Positions 12,726 to 25,644 of a stretch of DNA of 64,000 nt are shown here, one piece after another (within the stretch, counting starts at the first letter, position 1; each line of letters opens with the position of its first letter). The stretch lies in NCBI RefSeq assembly GCF_001194135.2, contig NC_068984.1, positions 140,895,861-140,959,860 on the forward strand, read 5' to 3'. Under the pieces are notes generated by a model that was given only the letters and a program-made list of their open reading frames with translations, ran no database searches and was not told the origin of the DNA. The stretch comes from Octopus bimaculoides. Lineage: Eukaryota. Both the position numbers and the translations under genes were made by a program.

Positions 12726-13084
12726 GTCCCATTTCAATTCAAATGACTTCAATTTCTGTGAGTCATAGTTTTGCCATGACCATCAACAAATCGCAAGAGC
12801 AAATATTTTTGGTTGCTGGTTTACACCTTGAAGAGTCCTGCTCCCCCCATTGGTAAGCTTTATGTTGGATGTTCAAGAGTTAGAAGTAAGGAAGATCTTT
12901 TACATCTATGCATCAAATGGAAAAACAAAACAACTTTGTTTATCGTGACATAGATTGCCCCAAATAATGCAGAAATCTGTCCTGATCAAGTGGCCTGTCC
13001 ATGGCTAGACGTGGAATAAAAGGTAACTGAAATAAAAGTATTCTGTTGTGAAGATGACCTGGCAACGTCGGGCTACTCAGCTGG
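12726..13084 (+). mobile_element. Helitron remnant: PIF1-like helicase C-terminus plus 3' terminus
   Basis: Frameshifted translation gives PFQFK*LQF...SFAMTINKSQEQIFLVAGLHLEESCSPH-GKLYVGCSRV, matching the RepHel helicase motifs FAMTINKSQG and HGQLYVA.SRV. A GC hairpin acctggcaacgtcggg is followed by cagCTGG (CTRR-like end) at 13057-13084. Confidence 0.85.
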
Positions 13085-13351
13085 TTATTCATAGGTCAAT
13101 AAATCTCCTGCGTACTGGTACTGCACCACCCGTAACGATACACTTTAAAGATGATGATGATGATGATGATGATGATGAGGATGATGCTGACATCAGCACT
13201 GATGATGACAGTCAAAAATAGAAAAGAAACAACAGCAACAACAACAACAAATGCAACATAAAAATAAACAAAACAAAATATATAAAATAAAATGTCCAAC
13301 TTACGGTATAATATTGGAAAAGAGCGACATTTTCTTTAGATTCTATTATAC

Positions 13352-13413
<62 letters not shown>

Positions 13414-14393
13414 ATTATTATTATTATTGCTATTGTTTTGGTTTTTGGGATATATCTGTTCTTTTAGTTCCTTTTTTTTTTNNNNNNNNNNNNNNNNNNN
13501 NNNNNNNNNNNNNNNNNNNNNNNNNNNNNNNNNNNNNNNNNNNNNNNNNNNNNNNNNNNNNNNNNNNNNNNNNNNNNNNNNNNNNNNNNNNNNNNNNNNN
13601 NNNNNNNNNNNNNNNNNNNNNNNNNNNNNNNNNNNNNNNNNNNNNNNNNNNNNNNNNNNNNNNNNNNNNNNNNNNNNNNNNNNNNNNNNNNNNNNNNNNN
13701 NNNNNNNNNNNNNNNNNNNNNNNNNNNNNNNNNNNNNNNNNNNNNNNNNNNNNNNNNNNNNNNNNNNNNNNNNNNNNNNNNNNNNNNNNNNNNNNNNNNN
13801 NNNNNNNNNNNNNNNNNNNNNNNNNNNNNNNNNNNNNNNNNNNNNNNNNNNNNNNNNNNNNNNNNNNNNNNNNNNNNNNNNNNNNNNNNNNNNNNNNNNN
13901 NNNNNNNNNNNNNNNNNNNNNNNNNNNNNNNNNNNNNNNNNNNNNNNNNNNNNNNNNNNNNNNNNNNNNNNNNNNNNNNNNNNNNNNNNNNNNNNNNNNN
14001 NNNNNNNNNNNNNNNNNNNNNNNNNNNNNNNNNNNNNNNNNNNNNNNNNNNNNNNNNNNNNNNNNNNNNNNNNNNNNNNNNNNNNNNNNNNNNNNNNNNN
14101 NNNNNNNNNNNNNNNNNNNNNNNNNNNNNNNNNNNNNNNNNNNNNNNNNNNNNNNNGGTGGTGATGGTGGTGGTGGTGATGGTGGTGGTGGTGGTGGTGC
14201 TAATGATGAGGGTGATGGTGGTGGTTGTGGTGGTGGTGATGATGGTGGTGATCGAGATATTTTGATTGCGATCTTGAGTGTGAGTGCATGTGCGTTTGAG
14301 AGTGAAGATGAGATTGAGTGTGACACGTGAGGGATTTCATTTTTGTTTATTGAAAGGAAGAAGGTTCGATTTATGCAGTTCATAGTTCAGAAG

Positions 14394-14442
<49 letters not shown>

Positions 14443-14654
14443 GTTGGTGTGACAGAACAAGCAGGTGNNNNNNNNNNNNNNNNNNNNNNNNNNNNNNNNN
14501 NNNNNNNNNNNNNNNNNNNNNNNNNNNNNNNNNNNNNNNNNNNNNNNNNNNNNNNNNNNNNNNNNNNNNNNNNNNNNNNNNNNNNNNNNNNNNNNNNNNN
14601 NNNNNNNNNNNNNNNNNNNNNNNNNNNNNNTTTATGCAGTTCATAGTTCAGAAG

Positions 14655-14703
<49 letters not shown>

Positions 14704-15025
14704 GTTGGTGTGACAGAACAAGCAGGTGAGTGAAGGGATTGAAATCCTGATTAGGATTGAGCGATAGTAGAGAGGTTTACACACACACACACACATACAC
14801 ACATGCACACACACATACGCATGCACACAAGCAAATGCATACACACACACACAAACAAACGCATACATACATGCACACACACATGCACACATAGACACAC
14901 ATGTATACACACATATTCACATATACCCACATACACATATGCATGCACATACATGCATACACTAATACACAACATACATACATACATACATACATACGCA
15001 TGCATGCAAACACATGCATACACAC

Positions 15026-15258
15026 AGGCGGCGAGCTGGCAGAAGCGTTAGCACGCCGGGCGAAATGCTTAGCGGTATTTCGTCTACCGCTACGTTCTGA
15101 GTTCAAATTCCGCCGAGGTCGACTCTGCCTTTCATCCTTTCGGGGTCAATAAATTAAGTACCAGTTACGCACCGGGGTTGGCATAATCGACTTAATCCGT
15201 TTGTCTGTCCTTGTTTGTCCCCTCTGTGTGTAGCCCCTTGTGGGTAGTAAAGAAATAA
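15026..15258 (+). mobile_element. SINE family B (aggcggcgagctggcagaa...)
   Basis: Copies at about 17759-17978, 18329-18538, 18990-19207, 21479-21875, 23237-23568 and 40703-40921 (+), and 32478-32682, 35164-35378, 35588-35735, 41411-41603, 54241-54461 and 54475-54673 (-). Conserved gttctgagttcaaatt B-box-like motif; often flanked by (ATT)n. Confidence 0.9.
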
Positions 15259-15642
15259 CACACGCACACACACACACAACATACATACATACATATATAT
15301 AAATGCATGTATAGAAGAAGGATAGTGGGGGGTTACATAATTGGAGCATAACATACATTTTTTATAGTATTTCATAGTTCAGGAAAGTTCAGAGTGTCCC
15401 CCACACCCCGCCTCCCGTACTTGTTTTCTCCAAAAGAAAAACAGTAATTAGGTTAATGAGAGGCTGTTGTTAGCCATTAGATAATAATACTAAGATGCAA
15501 TTAATATTGTGGCCAAAGTTGAGGTGATTACAAACACAGTTTCAAATTGAACTTCGGATGAGGTAACTTAAGTCCTGTAACCCCTTGTAATCTTATAATC
15601 CCAGAATTACACATCTTGTCTCCCTGTTGTCATTGTTTAGGG

Positions 15643-16430
15643 CAGTGGGGCTCAACCCTCTTTTTTTTTACCTTTGGATCCCTTTGGTCCAATTTTATTC
15701 TGGTGAACCCATATAACCATTTGATGTTAAAAAATTTCTAGATGCAGGAGTGGCTGTGTGGTAAGTAGCTTGCTTGCCAACCACATGGATCTGGGTTCAG
15801 TCCCACTGCATGGCACCTTGGGCAAGTGTCTTCTATTATAGCCTCGGGCTGACCAAAGCCTTGTGAGTGGATTTGGTAGACATAAACACAAAAAAGCCCG
15901 TCGTATATCTGTGTGTGTGTGTATCTGTCTGTCTGTCTGTGTGTCTGTGTTTGTCCCCCCGCAACATCGCCTGACAACCGATGCTGGTGTGTTTATGTCC
16001 CCGTAACTTAGCGGTTCGGCAAAAGAAACCTATAGAATAAGTACTACGCTTACAAAGAATGAGTCCTGGGGTCGATTTGCTCTACTAAAGGCGGTGCTCC
16101 AGCATGGCCACAGTCAAATGACTGAAACAAATAAAAGAATATCTTTATAGGGTCCGTTAAGGGCCTTGAAACTTGAAATAGCACAGAATCTAAATCAAAC
16201 TGCTTTGAATAATACATGGAACCCCCAATAAATGTGTCGAGGGCTCTTTCTTTCCGTTGTCCACTCACTCGTATCCTTATAGTTAAATATTATTAAGAAT
16301 TGCATTAAAAAACTGTTAAAATATATTTTGTGTGTCCCAGAAGTGCAACCAATTTATTGTAGATAAATTTTAACAGCAAAATCTCATATGACCTTCAAAT
16401 GGTCATGTGGACCTCAGTTGACAAACACTG
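15643..16430. mobile_element. hAT-type MITE containing a SINE A insertion (15741-16140, +)
   Basis: Termini cagtggggctcaac and gttgacaaacactg. The right-end sequence recurs at ~4377-4440 and ~33235-33300. TSD is poor. Confidence 0.6.
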
Positions 16431-17183
16431 GTTTCTCCCGTTCCCCATCACCATCACATGTGACCATATCCAAATTCACAATCTTCACTTTATAATTCTT
16501 GCCGTTGCCAACCATTTGTTTCCTTAGACTCATTTTTACTTCAGGTACGCTGGTGCTATATATTCTTTTCTACCCTAGACACAAGGCCCGAAATTTTGGG
16601 GGAGGGNNNNNNNNNNNNNNNNNNNNNNNNNNNNNNNNNNNNNNNNNNNNNNNNNNNNNNNNNNNNNNNNNNNNNNNNNNNNNNNNNNNNNNNNNNNNNN
16701 NNNNNNNNNNNNNNNNNNNNNNNNNNNNNNNNNNNNNNNNNNNNNNNNNNNNNNNNNNNNNNNNNNNNNNNNNNNNNNNNNNNNNNNNNNNNNNNNNNNN
16801 NNNNNNNNNNNNNNNNNNNNNNNNNNNNNNNNNNNNNNNNNNNNNNNNNNNNNNNNNNNNNNNNNNNNNNNNNNNNNNNNNNNNNNNNNNNNNNNNNNNN
16901 NNNNNNNNNNNNNNNNNNNNNNNNNNNNNNNNNNNNNNNNNNNNNNNNNNNNNNNNNNNNNNNNNNNNNNNNNNNNNNNNNNNNNNNNNNNNNNNNNNNN
17001 NNNNNNNNNNNNNNNNNNNNNNNNNNNNNNNNNNNNNNNNNNNNNNNNNNNNNNNNNNTACCTGACATGCATTACTGAATCGATGTATATTTATGCTTAG
17101 GCACCATAAACGGTAGATACAGGAAGAGAGAAGAGCTGAGTGACAGAGTACATATACACTCACTAACATCCACACCCACATAA

Positions 17184-17227
<44 letters not shown>

Positions 17228-18160
17228 ACACACACACACATACTTACCCTTGCATACGCTTGCACAATTTACACATATTTTATGTTAAAACATGTGCATG
17301 TGTCAAACCGAAAAAATATGAAAAAGACAAAACAAATATATAACGACAACCACTTAGTTAATTATTTATCTTTCCTTCGTTTACCTCTCTTTCTGATTAC
17401 AGCTTTATTTTTTTTTCAGTTTGTTTTACCTATTTTTTATATTTATTTTTAGTTGTATTAAAAAAAATATGTTTTGGCTGTTTAATCCTTTGATTAATGC
17501 TGGATTAGCATCAATTCTTACTCTGTCATGATATACAGAGATTAGTAAATCATAAGACATCGACCAGATAATCCATGGACAGATTTGAAATTACATCAGT
17601 GTGACAAAATAGAAATAATAAATAACAGATAGGAGCTTATTTTCGCAGACCATATTTCTAACTTATCCACCTGGTGTGTCTAAGGGACCCTAATGGGATC
17701 TTGATGCTATTCTTATTCTCAGAGATTATATAGTCATTCCATAGTTCTTCTTATTGTTAGGTAAGGTGGCGAACTGGAAGAATTGTTAACGTGTAATGCA
17801 AAATGCTTAATGGCATTTCTTCCATCTTTACATTCTGAGATCAAATTCCACCAAGTTCACCTTTACTTTTCATCCTTTTGGGCTTGATAAACTAAATACC
17901 AGTAGAGCACAGGGTTTGATGTAGTCAGCTAGGCCCAACTACCAAATTTCGAGCCTTGTGCTTAAAGTAGAAAGGGTTACTACTATTATTATTATTATTA
18001 TTGTTAAATCTCTGAACGAGGTATAAACAGTAACTGCACGGCAACGTGAAGTATATTTGTGAATGTTACTGTTGCTTAAGGGTGAATGTTACTGGGGCTA
18101 AAAGCAACAGTAACATTCACCCTTAGGGTTTAGCCGCATTTAAGTGGCAAATATACTTCA

Positions 18161-18198
<38 letters not shown>

Positions 18199-18550
18199 CC
18201 ACCATCACCACCACCACCACCACCACCACCACTAGTCATGTACTGGGGTTGATATATAATTGACTATCCCCTACCCTGCAAAAATTTCAGGCCTTGTGCC
18301 TAAAGTAGAAAGGATTATTGTTATTGTTAGGTGATAAGCTGGCAGAATCATTAGCACGTGGGGGCAAAATGCTTAGTGATATTTCATCTGTCTTCACGTT
18401 CTGAGTTCAAATTCCACCGTGGTTGACTTTCATCCTTTCGGGGTTGATAAAATAAGTACCACTTGAGTACTGGGGTCGATGTACTCAACTTATCCCCTCC
18501 CTTAAAATTGCTGCCCTTGCAGCAAAATTTGAAACCATTATTATTATTAT

Positions 18551-18918
18551 TACTTCCACCTTAGCGAAGGTGGAGGTATCGTTTTCAGAGATGTTTGTAT
18601 GTTTGTTTGTCCGTGGACAAGATATCTCAAGAACTGCTGGATGGATTTGGATGAAACTTTCAGGGATGTTTGGCCTCATGAGTGCCACGAACTGACTAGA
18701 TTTTGGGACCTGGTACCGGACAAAGATTCTGGATTATTTTCCCTGATTTTTTTTTACTTAATTTTTTAGAGCGGTCGGGTTCATTTTTAGTATTCTCGTT
18801 TGTGAGAGCAGTTGAGTTTATTTCAGATATTCTCATTTTAAAAATCCTCTCTGACTAATCGTTGCGAGAACGTTGGTGTTGCCTTGGTGGAGGCTTGCGC
18901 TCTCCAATTACTCTTGTT
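18551..18918 (+). mobile_element. Helentron-associated non-autonomous element (HINE/DINE-1-like)
   Basis: 5' subterminal hairpin cttccaccttagcgaaggtggagg, a gtttgt microsatellite, the ggatttggatgaaactt motif, and 3' gccttggtggaggc...gcgctct. Inserted in (ATT)n. Confidence 0.65.
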
Positions 18919-18952
18919 GTTGTTATTATTATTATTATTATTATCATTATTA

Positions 18953-18983
<31 letters not shown>

Positions 18984-19231
18984 AATTACTAAGGCGGTGA
19001 GCTGGCAAAATCGTTAGCAAGCCAGACGAAATGCTTAGAAGTATTTTGCCCGTCACTACGTTCTGAGTTCAAATTCCACCGAGGTCGACTTTGCTTTCAT
19101 CCTTTCAGGGTTGAAAATATTAAGTACCAGTGAAACACTGGGGTCGATATAATCGACTCAACCCCTCCCCCAAAATTGCTGCCCTTGTGGAAAAATTTGA
19201 AACCATTATTATTATTATTATTATTTGAAAC

Positions 19232-19286
<55 letters not shown>

Positions 19287-19588
19287 ACTATAACAATCAA
19301 GCAATAAATTTTCTCTGCAATCATGTGTGGAATGCACATTCTATTAATTACCGCATGTGCCTTTTCTTGTATACAGTTCGCATACCAATTGAACAATTGT
19401 TTTCACAAATGGATGGGATTAAAATAATGAGATGCTGTCTACCTCCGTCCGTCTGTCTGCCTGTCTGCCTGTGTCTGTCTGTCCGTCCAATCAACAATAC
19501 ATACATTCACCTCTTTAGTCGTAGATATTTTTGGCAAAACACTTCACCTATTCATCTAGAACTATATTTCTGTTTAGTCAATTAATAG

Positions 19589-19628
<40 letters not shown>

Positions 19629-21078
19629 CACACATACACATACACACACAACACACATACACACACACACGACACACATGACACACACACAAACTCACTA
19701 ACATAGTTACATGTACACACGCACACATACACACACAAGCACTCGTTCACAAACAGACCCACACATTCACACACAGACAGACAGACAGACAGGCACACAC
19801 ACACAAACGCACTAACATAGTTACGTGTACACACGCACACATACACGCTCACACAGACACACACAGACACAGGTACACACGCACACACACACACACACAC
19901 ACACAGACACACACAGACACAGGTACACANNNNNNNNNNNNNNNNNNNNNNNNNNNNNNNNNNNNNNNNNNNNNNNNNNNNNNNNNNNNNNNNNNNNNNN
20001 NNNNNNNNNNNNNNNNNNNNNNNNNNNNNNNNNNNNNNNNNNNNNNNNNNNNNNNNNNNNNNNNNNNNNNNNNNNNNNNNNNNNNNNNNNNNNNNNNNNN
20101 NNNNNNNNNNNNNNNNNNNNNNNNNNNNNNNNNNNNNNNNNNCAGACACACACAGATACACACACACATACACACACACACACACAGACACACACAGATA
20201 CACACACACATACACACACACACACAAGCACAGGTTCACACACACACACACACACACATTTGTCCATGCATCAATGAACATATATTCAACGATTTATGAA
20301 GTCAATTACAGTTTAATATCCATCTCTGCTTATCCACCTCTTTGATCTCTTCCATTGATCGTTACTCTATATTGGCAATTAACAAACTACATAGATTTTT
20401 GCATTACACTACAACAAAACACTTTATTACATTAAGTTTACAGTGAACCAATCCTCACCCTGGTTCTCTGCAACATAATGCAACAGAGTGTTCCCTGATA
20501 TTTTGTTCAGATTATGCATCCAAAAGCACTTGGAACACCCAATACAGGGTTCCAAGCAGGGTTCCATAGAGGTGAAACATGTAGGAACTAATATCATAAA
20601 TAGTCTAACCCATGCCAGCATGGAAAGGGGACGTTAAATGATGTTGATGATGATAATGGAGAGGAGTTACAACTGGAGGAAATCTCCAAATTGTTTAAAT
20701 GCGGAAATTTCTGGTATTCAAGTGGTTGTTAAGTGTCGGGAGAAAGGGTACCCAGGAGTCATGACCTGGGTGTGGTGGTTTGCTTTTATGTGTGACCACT
20801 AAGCATTTTTGCCCAGTGTGGGCTAATGATTCTGCCAATTTGTTGCCTTATCTCCAAAAACATCTTGAGATTCCACTGATGGAACCCAAAAATATAAAGC
20901 AGCAACCAAATTAGGATACAACCAATCTGGTGATTGTGTTTAGGAAAACAAAATAAGCGTTTGGTATGTTGTGGAGGTTAGAATAAAATTAGAGAGAAAA
21001 TAGGATCCTTGATAAGGAGTGTGCCAAGCGAGTACTGAAAATATGCTTTCATCTTTACTTGTCATTATTGTAAAGATA

Positions 21079-21460
21079 GAGGAGGCGCAATGGCCCAGTG
21101 GTTAGGGCAGCGGACTTGTGGTCATAAGATTGCGGTTTCGATTCCCAGACCGGGCATTGTGAGTGTTTATTGAGCGAAAACACCTAAAGCTCCACGAGGC
21201 TCCGGCAAGGGATGGTGGCGAACCTTGCTGTACTCTTTCACCACAACTTTCTCTCACTCTTTCTTCCAGTTTCTATTGTGCCTGTAATTCAAAGGGTCAG
21301 CCTTGTCACACTGTGTCATGCTGAATATCCTTGAGAACTACGTTAAGGGTACACGTGTCTGTGGAGTGCTCAGCCACTTGCACGTTAATTTCATGAGCGG
21401 GCTGTTCCATTGATCGGGTCAACTGGAACCCTCGATGTCATAAGCGGCGGAGTGCCAGCA
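21079..21460 (+). mobile_element. tRNA-derived SINE, family D
   Basis: Head ggaggcgcaatggcccagtggttagggcagcgg...ggtttcgattccc has A/B-box-like motifs. The 3' part recurs at ~22610-22770. Related tRNA-headed SINEs lie at ~25160-25325(-) and ~56485-56700(+). Confidence 0.8.
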
Positions 21461-21679
21461 ACAAATTGTAAAGATAAAAGTGGTGAGCTGGCAGAGTTGT
21501 TAGCGTACCAGGCAAAGTGCTTAGTGAAATTTTGTCTTTACATTCTGAGTTCAAATTCTGCTGTGGTCGACTTTGTCTTTCATCCTTTCAGAGTCGATAA
21601 AATAAGTGCCAGTCGAATACTAGAGCAATGTAATTGACTATCCCCTTCCACCAAATTTCAGGCTTTGTGCTTATAATAG

Positions 21680-21856
21680 TGTTGTGTCGACGCCCCCAGG
21701 CGAAGAAATAGGATCTCCCAAGACATATAAATAGAGGTAGTCTGGCCGTGGTAGGAGTGTTGAGTAGCAATTGAGTAGCAGTCGAGTAGTAGTTGTGTAG
21801 CGGTTGAGTAGAGATAATCCGAAGGTGCTAGATAGCAGTAGCGTTGAGACATAACA
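21680..21856 (+). mobile_element. Solo LTR (177 bp) inserted in a family B SINE
   Basis: TGTTGTGTC...GACATAACA terminal inverted repeat (8/9), exact 5-bp TSD AATAG (21675-21679; 21857-21861), a TATAAATA box and tandem gttgagtagc units. Orientation is inferred from the TATA box only. Confidence 0.85.
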
Positions 21857-22784
21857 AATAGAAAGGGTTATTGGAAAGACAGAATAGGTACCAACCTACC
21901 TGGATCAAAGGGTGGCTGAGCATAGATCCTTGGGGAAAAAATGGAGTTCCAAAATTCAGATATATTTGTCGTAATGAAGATATTCAAAGAATTCTTGGGG
22001 TGTTACGAAGGACATGAGAGAAAAGAAGAAACCAGATAGTCTTGTGTTCTTTGAATTTTCTTCATAAACTTGACATTATTTCGGTTAAGTTACAGGAAAC
22101 AGGCACTAAAAATAGAATCAAGAAAACAATACAACCAGGATACGCCATCACAAAACTTAAATTACATTATTCATTAATCATTAATCACCACTTCCCCCAC
22201 TAACTAAAACAAGGAAAAAGAAATAAATGCTATTATTGTCAAACTTTGTTGGTTCCAAGAGATGAAGACTTTGGTAAACATTGGCAGAGATTTATTTCAC
22301 AGAACAGCAATGAGGTTACAGACTTTTCAAAACATTGGAATATTTCTGCCAAATTTTGACAAAAGACAGTAAATGGTCATTCTTACTAGAATCAATGGAA
22401 AATATTATAGTTCATTGGAAATCGGATGTGATTGTGGATATTTGGTGTGTGTGTGAGTGTATGTTTGTATGGATATATGTATGTGTGTGTGTGCGCGTGT
22501 GTAGTGGTAGTGGTGGTGGGTGGGTGATTGTGTATACGAGGTCTGACCAAAAAGTATTGGGACTGTTGCTATGGTAATGGAATGAAAGTAAGTAGAGTGA
22601 AGCCACTTGTCACAGACTGGCCCTGAACTCTGTCACACATGCACACTGAATTGGTGTTAACCTTATGTGTGTCTGTGGAGTACTCAACCACTCGCACATT
22701 AATTTCATGAGTAGGCTGTTCCGTTGATTGGACCACCTGGAACCCTTGTCATCGTAACTGACAGAGTGCCACTTTATATAAACA

Positions 22785-23228
22785 AGCTCCAACATCTGGC
22801 AACTGATTTAGTAAACACCTACAAAATTATTAACCATTGCCCCAACAACCACCTTGAGCACCTTTTTGAGCCACATGTGTCTAACACATGTGGGCATGGC
22901 TACAAAGTCAGAAAACAGCACAGCTTCCATGACTTTCAGAAACATTTTTTCACACTCAGAGTTACTGAAGCATGGAACAAACTACCAGCATCAGTTGTTA
23001 GTTGCCAAGACATTACATCTTTTAAAACCTCCATGATTCCTGAAATTCACCAACACTACACCTGATATCCCCCCCCCACCTCCATACACATGCACACATG
23101 TATATCATGACTCAAACACTGTTCACATTCCTGACTTTTGTACATAATTCTATGTACTGTACATGCACCTTTGATGAGTTGTGGTGCACCTGAGCACTAT
23201 ACACAATAATTTCATTATTATTATTATA
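22785..23228 (+). mobile_element. CR1-clade LINE 3' end
   Basis: DLVNTYKII...GHGYKV...FFTLRVTEAWNKLPASVV...FK is a typical CR1 ORF2 C-terminus, followed by a 3' UTR and (ATT)n tail. A second copy of the end lies on the minus strand at ~55100-55320. Confidence 0.85.
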
Positions 23229-24092
23229 ACATATTGTAAGGCGGCGCGCTGGCAGAAACGTTAGCACGCCGGGCGAAATGCTTAGTGGTATTTCGTCTGC
23301 CGCTACGTTCTGAGTTCAAATTCTGCCGAGGTCCACTTTGCCTTTCATCCTTTTGGAGTCGATAAATTAAGTACTAGTTATGCACTGGAGTCGATGTAAT
23401 CGACTTAATACCTTTGTTTGTCCTTGTTTGTCCCCTCTATGTTTAGCCCCTTGTGGGCAATGAAGAAATAAGAATTTCATCTGTCTTTACATTCTGAGTT
23501 CAAATTCCGCCGGGGGTCAATAAATTAAGTACCAGTTACATACTGGAGTTGATCTAATCGACTGCCCCNNNNNNNNNNNNNNNNNNNNNNNNNNNNNNNN
23601 NNNNNNNNNNNNNNNNNNNNNNNNNNNNNNNNNNNNNNNNNNNNNNNNNNNNNNNNNNNNNNNNNNNNNNNNNNNNNNNNNNNNNNNNNNNNNNNNNNNN
23701 NNNNNNNNNNNNNNNNNNNNNNNNNNNNNNNNNNNNNNNNNNNNNNNNNNNNNNNNNNNNNNNNNNNNNNNNNNNNNNNNNNNNNNNNNNNNNNNNNNNN
23801 NNNNNNNNNNNNNNNNNNNNNNNNNNNNNNNNNNNNNNNNNNNNNNNNNNNNNNNNNNNNNNNNNNNNNNNNNNNNNNNNNNNNNNNNNNNNNNNNNNNN
23901 NNNNNNNNNNNNNNNNNNNNNNNNNNNNNNNNNNNNNNNNNNNNNNNNNNNNNNNNNNNNNNNNNNNNNNNNNNNNNNNNNNNNNNNNNNNNNNNNNNNN
24001 NNNNNNNNNNNNNNNNNNNNNNNNNNNNNNNNNNNNNNNNNNNNNNNNNNNNNNNNNNNNNNNNNNNNNNNNNNNNNNNNNNNNNNNNNNNN

Positions 24093-24126
<34 letters not shown>

Positions 24127-24639
24127 GATGGGCTTCTTTCAGTTTCTGTCTACCAAATCCACTCACAAGGCTTTGGTTGGCCCAAGGCTATAGTAGAAGA
24201 CATTTGCCCAAGGTGCTATGCAGTGGGACTGAACCTGGAACCATGTGGTTCATAAGCAAGCCACTTACCACACCTGCACCTTTTCCTTCCCTTTGAGTTA
24301 TGGACGGTTTTTTCAAAACTCTACTGCAAAATGTTGATTGAATGAAGAATTTATAAGTGATGTGATACGCTACATTTTAATAAGATAAATGTATGGATTG
24401 TGGCAGATCTTTGGAATTGAAGAGAGAAACGACATAAAATATGATTTGTTAGATATATGAATACAGGTGAGAATACAGGTGAAATGAGAGCAGCTGAGTA
24501 TTAAAGGTATAAAGGGTGTCAGGTGGAGTGTGTAGGAGATGTGAATGGATGATGAGTAATGGGACAAAAGAACTGTTGGGAGTTGGGAAAAGATATGCAT
24601 GAGAGAGAAACAGTGAGAAAGATATGACAAATGTCCCTT

Positions 24640-25010
24640 GAATCACATCTGTTCACCTTTGATATAACAATACCCAGACATTGCTTGGAACCTCTGCCAC
24701 TTGATGAATAAATAGCAAAACAATATATGTATACACCACACACACAAAAGCTGAAGGTCAGTGAAAAAGAGAACACCTACACTGAACTATTGAGAAGTCT
24801 GCACTTACTCTATCCAGATTACAAGTTCAGATTAATACCTGTAATTATTGAGGGCCTAGGATATGTAACACACTGCCTAAATACCAGTCTTGAGAAATTA
24901 GGCTTCTCAAAACCAGAAAGGAGAAAGCTAATTCGAAGACTACAGATCCAATCCATCAGTGGAACTGTAAAAATCTGTTAAACTTTCCTGAAGTTTATCA
25001 TTTAAATATA
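24640..25010 (+). mobile_element. Non-LTR retrotransposon 3' fragment with restriction-like endonuclease (R4/Dong-like)
   Basis: K..EKENTY.EL...L..LYPDYKFRLIPVIIEGLG.V...LEKLG...LQ...ISGTVKI fits the RLE C-terminal pattern. Confidence 0.7.
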
Positions 25011-25112
25011 TATGAGCCTGTCCAGATATGCAAATATATGCATGAGAATACATACATAAAATAAATCATACAAATCTTCTCATATACATACATACATACA
25101 AGCATACATACA

Positions 25113-25146
<34 letters not shown>

Positions 25147-25387
25147 GACAGAGTGTGACAGGGCTGGCCCTTTGAAATATAGGTACAACTCATTTTTGCC
25201 AGACGAGTGGACTGGAGCAACGTGAAATAAAGTGTCTTGCTCAAGGACACAACGCGTCACTGAGAATTGAACTCACAGCCTTACAATCGTGAGACAAATC
25301 TAACCATTAAGCCACCCGCCTTCACAGCACATACATAAATACATACATACATGCATACACACACAAACACATATAGATATGTATATG

Positions 25388-25424
<37 letters not shown>

Positions 25425-25515
25425 GGGAGAATGTACGAAAAAACAACAACAGACGAGGACAGGTGGTGTAAACAACAAAAGGATGTATTAGTATGACGCT
25501 CGGGAATATGGAAAG

Positions 25516-25552
25516 TCTTTGACGTTTCGAGCTACGCTCTTCAACAGAAAGA
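25516..25552 (-). ncRNA. Minimal hammerhead-like motif with variant core (CUGUUGA)
   Basis: UCUUU-CUGUUGA-A-GAGC(GUA)GCUC-GAAAC-GUC/AAAGA. All stems are perfect; core position A6 is U. Confidence 0.55.
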
Positions 25553-25599
25553 ATACGGAGACAAGGAGAAAAACACGGAGAAAAAAAATTGAATATACA

Positions 25600-25644
<45 letters not shown>

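Noticed and set aside
14371-14727. Exact ~97-bp direct repeat on both sides of an N gap
   Set aside because: Typical unmerged contig overlap, an assembly artefact.
21079-21150. tRNA-like sequence
   Set aside because: It is the head of a SINE; it continues into the SINE body and lacks a complete cloverleaf.
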